Shown here in pieces: positions 18,465 to 24,568 of a DNA stretch of 48,093 bases. The translations under genes and the position numbers were made by a program. Position 1 is the stretch's first letter; every line of letters begins with the position of its first letter. The notes under the pieces were generated by a model. That model had not been told where the DNA came from and ran no database searches. It saw only the letters and a program-made list of their open reading frames with translations. Source of the DNA: a virus (lineage: Duplodnaviria > Caudoviricetes); the IMG/VR virus record IMGVR_UViG_3300035562_000124, positions 1-48,093 of that record, one strand, 5' to 3'.

Positions 18465-19111
18465 GGCTCAAATATGCTCTGACCATCGCAGATCCGAAAT
18501 CAGCCCAAATTGTTGCATATCAGGCCCGGTCAACGGGGGATAGTCATCTAACTAAAATCGACGTATTGACTGCATTAGGAATGACTCAGGCGCGGCACCG
18601 GGGAGGGTTATGTTTGCTTTATGCCAAATACACTAAAGATGTTGATGCGGGCAGGACTGCGCTAAAGGAACTGACAAAATACGCACAATCGCAGGCTCGA
18701 AAATTTGTGGGTAAAATTCCCGGTAGGCGCGGTGGTATTGCCGTTAGAACATTAGCCATGTTGGCACTGGAAGAGTATTGCCGGACTGCCGATACTCCCG
18801 GCGCTAAATGCCGGTGTGGTGGCAGTGGGGAAGTCTGTGATCGGAAAGAAACCGAACGCACGGGCAAGTTGGTGATCATCCCCTGCAAAAAGTGCCATGG
18901 CACTGGACTGAAACCTATATCTCAAACTCGCGCACATCATTCCATCGTCGCTTTGGTTCCTGGTGTATCCAGGGCAACTTGGTATCGAGTCTGGTCACGC
19001 TATTACGAAGCATTGTTGGCGTGGTGTTATTCACAAGAGTCGATTGCAGAAGCGGAATACCAGCGTATCACTGGCATGTCTGAATTAAATAAAGAAACCA
19101 TTGCAAAATGA
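18461..19111 (+). CDS. Late antiterminator Q (lambda-type zinc finger)
   Basis: DVLTALGMTQ, CRCGGSG, CKKCHGTG; followed by pR' and tR'. Confidence 0.85.
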   Translation: MRLKYALTIADPKSAQIVAYQARSTGDSHLTKIDVLTALGMTQARHRGGLCLLYAKYTKDVDAGRTALKELTKYAQSQARKFVGKIPGRRGGIAVRTLAMLALEEYCRTADTPGAKCRCGGSGEVCDRKETERTGKLVIIPCKKCHGTGLKPISQTRAHHSIVALVPGVSRATWYRVWSRYYEALLAWCYSQESIAEAEYQRITGMSELNKETIAK

Positions 19112-19129
19112 GAAAATTTGCCCTAAATT
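19101..19129 (+). promoter_or_regulatory. Late promoter pR'
   Basis: TTGCAA-17 nt-TAAATT followed by GACTC, resembling lambda pR'. Confidence 0.7.
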
Positions 19130-19175
19130 GACTCCCATAGTGGGAGATTAATACTCTCGACACTGAAACGTACAT

Positions 19176-19202
19176 TAAACCCGCATATTGGCGGGTTTTT
19201 TT
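19176..19202 (+). terminator. tR'-like terminator
   Basis: AAACCCGC-ATATTG-GCGGGTTT followed by T-tract. Confidence 0.8.
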
Positions 19203-19272
19203 ATGGGCGTTTGTAAAGATAAGCATTAGTTATTGTGTGGTTTAATGTTGCTGTTTTAGAATCCACCACCTT

Positions 19273-19349
19273 GGCCCTTTAGCTCAGTCGGTTAGAGCAA
19301 TCGACTCATAATCGACAGGTCACTGGTTCAAGTCCAGTAAGGGCCACCA
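19273..19349 (+). tRNA. tRNA with CAT anticodon, ileX/ileZ-like (tRNA-Ile2)
   Basis: GGCCCTT/AAGGGCC acceptor stem, CTCATAA loop, GGTTCAAGTCC T-arm, CCA end. Confidence 0.9.
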
Positions 19350-19351
19350 AA

Positions 19352-19426
19352 CCGCCATTAGCTCAGCAGGAAGAGCAACGACCATTAAGTTGTAGGTACG
19401 GGGTTCGAGGCCTCGATGGCGGACCA
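19352..19426 (+). tRNA. tRNA-like gene with a non-canonical 6-nt anticodon loop (identity undetermined)
   Basis: CCGCCAT/ATGGCGG acceptor stem, D-arm GCTC/GAGC, T-loop TTCGAGG, CCA; anticodon arm ACGAC-CATTAA-GTTGT. Confidence 0.75.
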
Positions 19427-19428
19427 AT

Positions 19429-19503
19429 GCGGTCATCGTATAATGGATATTACCTCAGCCTTCCAAACTGATGATGCGGGTTCGATTCCCGCTGACCGCT
19501 CCA
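19429..19503 (+). tRNA. tRNA-Gly(TCC)
   Basis: Closely resembles glyT; CTTCCAA loop, CCA end; one C-A mismatch in the anticodon stem. Confidence 0.9.
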
Positions 19504-19505
19504 AA

Positions 19506-19647
19506 CACAACAGAAGGGCGCATTTAGTTTAGATACGCACTATCGGACCCTTTGATGGGGAGTTTCTAAGTGCGTCCCTCGGTGTGAAGTGACAGTCGGG
19601 AAAGACTGGCAACTATGATAAGCCTCGTAATGAGATAGTGGTTTTTT
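19506..19647 (+). ncRNA. Putative structured RNA, unit 1 (long stem, GAAAGA-loop hairpin, U-tract)
   Basis: GGGCGCATTTAG/CTAAGTGCGTCC stem, then TGACAGTCGGGAAAGACTGGCAAC at 19590. Confidence 0.45.
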
Positions 19648-19738
19648 AACGGGTCCATACAACACCAACGAAAAATAAAGCAAATAAAATGGCCAAGCTA
19701 CAAACCAACAGCAACAAAATAATCCAATCACGCATCAT
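19646..19738 (-). CDS. 30-aa single-TM peptide, paralog 1 (not in ORF track)
   Basis: MMRDWIILLLLVCSLAILFALFFVGVVWTR; GAAGG RBS; frame-conserved paralog at 20483-20572. Confidence 0.7.
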   Translation of the reverse strand: MMRDWIILLLLVCSLAILFALFFVGVVWTR

Positions 19739-19914
19739 TACCTTCACTGTTAAAAAAATGCCCTGGGACAGCATTACACCTCAGGGCTAAAAGGTTTCTT
19801 ATTTTTATTGGCACTGGCGCGGTACCAGTGTAAATAGTCTAGTAATTTAAATATAACTTTCTATCTTTCATGATAAAAAGATATTTTATATCGCAAGATT
19901 GAATTTCCTTGCAT

Positions 19915-20103
19915 TCAATTGTCGCAATGTTGATGGTGTTTAGCCCGCAATCCTGTCCTTGGCGTATCTCAATAAATGGGTTGTGCAGATTTCAACCTCC
20001 TGTCGGTGTCACCGTCAGCGTGGTCAATTGTTCAGGTAATCATAGACAGCCGGGAAAGACCGTTACCCATTTTTGAACCTTGGTCTAAACGCCGGGATTT
20101 TTT
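19915..20103 (+). ncRNA. Putative structured RNA, unit 2
   Basis: TGTTGATGGTG/CACCGTCAGCG stem flanked by CAATTG; GACAGCCGGGAAAGACCG at 20045; weak hairpin and U-tract after it. Confidence 0.4.
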
Positions 20104-20179
20104 ACCTGTGATCTACGAGCATTCTGAAAGTTAGGTTTGCTTATATTATTTTAATAAAATCTTGGTTAAGATGTTCTTT

Positions 20180-20292
20180 CTACAGTGAATCCCCCTAGCG
20201 GTGGGGCGAATCAGCAATGTGAGTCAATGCTTAAAAGGACGCGAGTCATGGATGTTGGCCAAAGGCTCACCGGGAGGCACCCGGCACTGTAG
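20180..20292 (+). ncRNA. Putative multi-stem structured RNA
   Basis: 8-bp closing helix CTACAGTG/CACTGTAG enclosing CCCC-TAGCGGT-GGGG and CCGGG-AGGCA-CCCGG hairpins. Confidence 0.5.
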
Positions 20293-20484
20293 TTCCAAAG
20301 CATCAGAGGGGCACAATCTCTGCTCATACTCTTGTGTTCTTCGATGTGGAGTGGCTGTTGGGGAAGACCAATAAACTTTGGAACGCTGCAATAAAAATTG
20401 TTGCGAATAAGAACCAAGGGTTAATTGCTGACAGCCGGGAAAGACCGGCAACCATTCGAACCCTGGCATTAGCCGGGGTTTTTT
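20292..20484 (+). ncRNA. Putative structured RNA, unit 3 (two GAAAGA/GGAAGA-loop hairpins and a terminator)
   Basis: GTTCCAAAG/CTTTGGAAC stem; TGTTGG-GGAAGA-CCAATA; TGACAGCCGGGAAAGACCGGCAAC at 20429; CCCTGGC-ATTA-GCCGGGG followed by T-tract. Confidence 0.45.
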
Positions 20485-20572
20485 AATGGTGCCAAATAGC
20501 GCTGACGAAAAACAGCGAAAACAAAATAGCTGAACTAACAACCAGCAACAACAATACTATCCAATCACGCAT
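20483..20572 (-). CDS. 29-aa single-TM peptide, paralog 2 (not in ORF track)
   Basis: MRDWIVLLLLVVSSAILFSLFFVSAIWHH; paralog of 19646-19738. Confidence 0.7.
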   Translation of the reverse strand: MRDWIVLLLLVVSSAILFSLFFVSAIWHH

Positions 20573-20784
20573 ATTTACACTCGTTGCTGAAAAAAGATCC
20601 CTGAGACGGCAAAGTGCTCAGGGCAGGGGTTTAAAGTTCTCATTATTGCTGATATGGGTGTTATACCAACATAAATATCTTAGCAGCGTAACATAACCAT
20701 TCAATTCAATATCATTTCAATCTGTAACTGAGGGGCTGCACTTCGGTGTGGCCCTTTTCCTTTTCTGAAACCCGGAGCCGGGCA

Positions 20785-21141
20785 ATGAATAATCAACACC
20801 TGCCACCGGGATTCCTGGAGGTAACTTTGCTGTGGATGAAAACTAATGCACCTGTGCTTTATGGATCGTTCGCTGCGTTCGGCATGGCCACCTTGCTGAC
20901 CTTGCGTGATGGCAAATCGTGGCTGGATGCGCTCTATGCCGGGGCCATTTGTTTGCTGATCTCCTTGGGCGTTATCAATTCCCTTGAACTGTTTGGCGTG
21001 AGCCAGGATAACGCGTTGCTGATTGGCGTTGTGATAGGTGGGATAGGTGTAGAGCGCTGCCTGGCAATAATCCGCACCTTTTCCAGCATGAAGACCAATA
21101 TCCCCATGGATGACAAGGAGAAACCGAAAAATGACCGTTAA
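20785..21141 (+). CDS. Holin (lambda-like, three TM segments)
   Basis: GGAG RBS; three hydrophobic segments, GGIGVER, charged C-terminus; directly before the endolysin. Confidence 0.85.
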   Translation: MNNQHLPPGFLEVTLLWMKTNAPVLYGSFAAFGMATLLTLRDGKSWLDALYAGAICLLISLGVINSLELFGVSQDNALLIGVVIGGIGVERCLAIIRTFSSMKTNIPMDDKEKPKNDR

Positions 21142-21523
21142 TTTTCGTTTTAGCCAACGTAGTGAGAAAAATCTTGTGGGTGTCAATTCTGACTTGGTGA
21201 AAGTAGCCCAGCTGGCACTTGAACTATCGCCGGTTGATTTTGGCATTACCGAAGGGCTGCGCAATATGGCACGGCAACGGGAACTGGTGCGTGAAGGGAA
21301 AAGCCAGACGCTGAAAAGTCGTCATCTTACCGGCCATGCCGTTGATGTGGTGGCATACGTTGGCGGCAACGTCAGTTGGGAATGGGGTTTGTACGAGCAG
21401 ATCGCCAAAGCGTTTAAACTGGCAGGCTCTCAGCTCGGCATCAATATCGAATGGGGAGGTGACTGGAAAACGCTTAAAGATGGGCCTCATTTCCAGTTGT
21501 CACACCGAGATTATCCGGCATGA
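21131..21523 (+). CDS. Endolysin, M15 family peptidase
   Basis: FSQRSEKNL, ITEGLR, SRHLTGHAVD, WGGDW, DGPHFQL; AAGGAG RBS. Confidence 0.93.
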   Translation: MTVNFRFSQRSEKNLVGVNSDLVKVAQLALELSPVDFGITEGLRNMARQRELVREGKSQTLKSRHLTGHAVDVVAYVGGNVSWEWGLYEQIAKAFKLAGSQLGINIEWGGDWKTLKDGPHFQLSHRDYPA

Positions 21524-21906
21524 GCGGATGGCTGAAAAAACTGACCAGTGGGGGATTACTGCTCTTGCTGGTGGTATCGATCTGCCTGGGGGGTTATAGC
21601 TCGTTGCTTTCGCACCGATTGGAATTGGCGCGGCAGCAGGTGGCCGATCAGAAAAAAACCTTAGCACAGCAGGCCGGCTTAATCGCCACGCTGCAAACAC
21701 AAGATGCACGGAACCGTACACTGATGGCAGCCCAGCAACAGCAGGAGCAGCAGTTACGCCAGCAGGCTGATATTTATCAAAGGAAATACCGGAATGCTAT
21801 CAAAAACGATGAGTGTGCCCGCCGAACTGCTCCTGGTGCTGTTCTTGGCCTCCTGCGCGGAACGGACACCACCGCCGCCGGTGCCGCTCGTGCTGCTGCC
21901 CCCTGA
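21520..21906 (+). CDS. i-spanin (Rz-like)
   Basis: N-terminal TM segment, Gln-rich coiled coil, C-terminal Cys (DECA). Confidence 0.85.
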   Translation: MSGWLKKLTSGGLLLLLVVSICLGGYSSLLSHRLELARQQVADQKKTLAQQAGLIATLQTQDARNRTLMAAQQQQEQQLRQQADIYQRKYRNAIKNDECARRTAPGAVLGLLRGTDTTAAGAARAAAP

Positions 21907-22057
21907 GTCGGTATTCAAACCCTGTGAGATGCCAACGTTGCACGGCGACACATGGGGCGATATCGGCATCTATACGCTGGCACTGAAAACAGCTTTATCA
22001 ATCTGCGCCGGTCAAGTTGCCACACTTAACCAATGGCGGGCAACTGCTGGGAAATAA
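21809..22057 (+). CDS. o-spanin (Rz1-like lipoprotein); start 21794 or 21809
   Basis: Lipobox LASC, Pro-rich segment, overlaps the i-spanin in another frame. Confidence 0.85.
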   Translation: MSVPAELLLVLFLASCAERTPPPPVPLVLLPPESVFKPCEMPTLHGDTWGDIGIYTLALKTALSICAGQVATLNQWRATAGK

Positions 22058-22061
22058 CAAA

Positions 22062-22175
22062 ATGTACAATCTACCAGGCACGGGAACTTTTCTTCTCTTG
22101 ATGGCAATATCCGCAGTAATTGGATGGGCTGCGATTGAAGGGGGAATCAGTCTTTTGGGTTTTATCTTCGGCTAA
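22062..22175 (+). CDS. 37-aa hydrophobic peptide after the spanins (not in ORF track)
   Basis: MYNLPGTGTFLLLMAISAVIGWAAIEGGISLLGFIFG; starts 4 nt after the o-spanin stop. Confidence 0.5.
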   Translation: MYNLPGTGTFLLLMAISAVIGWAAIEGGISLLGFIFG

Positions 22176-22228
22176 GTATTACAGGTGGCCTTTGCGAGGG
22201 CCATCGATAATGTCAGCTCGTCATAAAC

Positions 22229-22759
22229 CTATGCTATACGTTTGCCAATAGTGGCAGGCAACGGGACTATAACTTCATTAAATTCTGGGTGTGTTGGGAT
22301 AAATCCCTTCATACTTTTTCCTGACCAGTACATATCCATATGTTGTGAGAAAACCAATGTTGTGGCCGTAGGGTTAATGATATTCATGTCTGCTACATGA
22401 ATGTTTTTTTCATCGCACGTGACCTCATAGATAGGAAAGTTTGCTGGGCCACCCCTATCTCGAAATTGAATAGCTTCTTCTATTGATTGGCAGCAAAAAA
22501 TGCTTACAAACCTTGACGGTTTATGTGGGTGGAAGGCTCTGCGGTGCATTTCAAGGTGAAGTTCTAATGCTGACTCCATATGTTTAGGTGTTGAGTGCCC
22601 ACTCCAGAAATACAATCGTCCATGGTGTGAGAGGCCGTTAGGGAAAAGTCTGTCTAAATATTCATCTAGTTCAGGGCGATTGACGCTCTTCTTGATTAAA
22701 GAAATGTGCTTATTGTTTTGGTAAAAACCTAATCTATCTACTGTGTATAAGGTGATCAT
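22229..22759 (-). CDS. Moron, DUF2441-like putative ADP-ribosyltransferase-fold protein
   Basis: ELHLEMHRRAFHPHKPSRFVSIF, YW and EFNEVIV motifs; antisense to the late operon; AT-rich. Confidence 0.65.
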   Translation of the reverse strand: MITLYTVDRLGFYQNNKHISLIKKSVNRPELDEYLDRLFPNGLSHHGRLYFWSGHSTPKHMESALELHLEMHRRAFHPHKPSRFVSIFCCQSIEEAIQFRDRGGPANFPIYEVTCDEKNIHVADMNIINPTATTLVFSQHMDMYWSGKSMKGFIPTHPEFNEVIVPLPATIGKRIA

Positions 22760-23180
22760 TGTATGCCTGTGAAAATGATAATGATTTTTTAATAAGATAC
22801 CAAAGAAGTGAAGATTTCGCGTTTTTTATTGCCCATTACAGAGCATCTATCCAGGTGCTGCGTAATGCGCAAGCAAAATCACCGGCGGATCCAGCCTGGT
22901 CACCCTGACCATTATCTTGCTGGTGGTTTTTTTATTTTGTTCTGGTTTTTGGTGTGACTTTTGCGAGAAACCAGAATAAACGATCTGTTTTATCGTTTGC
23001 TGGTATCGGGGTTTCCCGAGCCGGTATTCAAAAAGACAGCAGAAAATTCTAAAAGGAAGGTGGGCGACCGTCAGCAGCGGTAACTGTCGACGGTCATTCA
23101 TACCCACGGTACAGGTCATGAGTACGAACCAAGGCCCACTTGCTTGTACAAGCCGGGTCATTCTAGTTGGAACATGCGAA

Positions 23181-23690
23181 ATGACCATAGTAAAAAATCA
23201 GGAAAAACTTGCAATCGTTTATAAATCACTCAACTCGTTGATGGTTTATGCGAAAAACGCGAGAATACACTCGCCGGAGCAGGTAGAAAAAATTGTTGGG
23301 AGCATAAAAAAATACGGATGGACCAATCCAATTTTGCTCGATGAAGCCGATGAGGTAATTGCTGGCCATGGCAGAATTCTGGCAGCGGAAAAAATCGGAT
23401 ACGATCCAGTTCCAACGATCACGCTGTTGGGGCTTTCGGATTCAGAGAAAAAAGCGTATCGGCTGGCAGACAATAAATTGCCGTTAGACGCAGGATGGGA
23501 CATAGACCTACTGACAATGGAGCTTGGTGATCTACTGTCGGATGGTTTTGACCTTTCGCTGACGGGATTCGGTGCTGAAGAAATCGATCAGATGCTGAAT
23601 GTGGATTTCGCTCCCGGAACAGAAGATGACCAAGGAAAGCTCGATCACCTTGAGGCTAAATTGTGCCCACACTGCGGGGGTGCATTATGA
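23181..23690 (+). CDS. ParB/Srx-like domain protein with C-terminal CPHC
   Basis: YAKNARIHS, SIKKYGWTNPILLD, IAGHGR, YRLADNKL. Confidence 0.9.
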   Translation: MTIVKNQEKLAIVYKSLNSLMVYAKNARIHSPEQVEKIVGSIKKYGWTNPILLDEADEVIAGHGRILAAEKIGYDPVPTITLLGLSDSEKKAYRLADNKLPLDAGWDIDLLTMELGDLLSDGFDLSLTGFGAEEIDQMLNVDFAPGTEDDQGKLDHLEAKLCPHCGGAL

Positions 23691-24301
23691 CAGTACTCAA
23701 AGTGGATTGGGCAACGCACCAGGCAGCAGCACATGCATGCATCAATTGGCATTACGCTAAAGCCGTGCCGGTTGGGAAATTGGTCAAGGTCGGAGCATGG
23801 GAGGACGGCCGGTTTATCGGCGTGGTGATATTTAGCCGCGGTGCCAATAATCACATTGGTCAGCCATATAGCCTGCAACAGGATCAGGTTTGTGAGTTAA
23901 CCCGGGTGGCATTGCGCGATCACGTTGCTCCGGTAAGTCAGATATTGGCGAAGGCGATAAAATTCCTGACTGCCGCATGCCCAGGGTTGCGTCTGATCGT
24001 TTCCTATGCGGACAAAGACCAGAATCACCACGGCGGGATTTACCAAGCGACAAACTGGATATACGAAGGATTATTCGGGGTAGGTACGCTGGGCGCCTTC
24101 ATCATAAAAGGGAAGAAAACCCATCCTCGCAGCGTTGCAGCAAAAGGTGTGAAGCAAAGCATCGAAGCCGTTCGCCAATTCATGGATCCCAACGCACAAG
24201 AATTTAAGACATCAGGGAAACACAAATACCTGATGCCCCTCGACAAGAAAATGAAAAAAATCCTGCTACTTCGTCACAAGCCCTACCCAAAAAGGACTTA
24301 A
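23687..24301 (+). CDS. Mom-like (GNAT-fold) adenine modification enzyme
   Basis: WHYAK, CELTRVAL, IVSYADKDQNHHGGIYQATNWIYEG, KHKY match the Mom-family pattern; ATGA-coupled to ParB. Confidence 0.75.
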   Translation: MTVLKVDWATHQAAAHACINWHYAKAVPVGKLVKVGAWEDGRFIGVVIFSRGANNHIGQPYSLQQDQVCELTRVALRDHVAPVSQILAKAIKFLTAACPGLRLIVSYADKDQNHHGGIYQATNWIYEGLFGVGTLGAFIIKGKKTHPRSVAAKGVKQSIEAVRQFMDPNAQEFKTSGKHKYLMPLDKKMKKILLLRHKPYPKRT

Positions 24302-24303
24302 CC

Positions 24304-24561
24304 ATGGATAAGCCGACGCTCGACAAAATCGAGGCATTGGCAGGGCGTGGATTGACGGAGCAGCAGATCGCCGATGCATTGGAGATCGACATTGAAAAAA
24401 TGCGCAGGGATAAAACAGAGATCTCGTTCTACCGGTCAGCAATTCGTCGCGGTAAGGCAAAAGGGATTGCTGATTTATCGAATGCGCTTTTCATCAAAGC
24501 CAAGAAAGGCGACACGCGAGCCATGATTTTCTTGCTGGAGCATCTAAAACCGAAAGCGTGA
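24304..24561 (+). CDS. Small HTH protein upstream of terminase
   Basis: IEALAGRGLTEQQIADALEI...GDTRAMIFLL. Confidence 0.75.
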   Translation: MDKPTLDKIEALAGRGLTEQQIADALEIDIEKMRRDKTEISFYRSAIRRGKAKGIADLSNALFIKAKKGDTRAMIFLLEHLKPKA

Positions 24562-24568
24562 AAAAAAT

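Noticed and set aside
19128-19156. TTGACT...AATACT as the late promoter
   Set aside because: Spacing and -10 match are poorer than TTGCAA-17-TAAATT at 19101-19129
19429-19503. tRNA-Gly carried to support the collagen-like genes
   Set aside because: The collagen repeats use many GGC/GGT codons not read by this tRNA; no codon count was done to support the link
19540-19731. 63-aa ORF MIGLFCCCWF from the track
   Set aside because: Wrong frame; the paralog-supported peptide is the MMRDWII frame at 19646-19738
2208-20452. Repeats as a CRISPR array
   Set aside because: Copies are dispersed, irregularly spaced and on both strands; no cas genes
22865-22957. 30-aa ORF MRKQNHRRIQPGHPDHYLAGGFFILFWFLV
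   Set aside because: Weak RBS, start buried in a hairpin, hydrophobic tail explained by T-rich sequence, no paralog support
22880-22990. GATC sites upstream of the Mom-like gene as Mu-style Dam control
   Set aside because: Only two widely spaced sites were noticed, which is expected by chance
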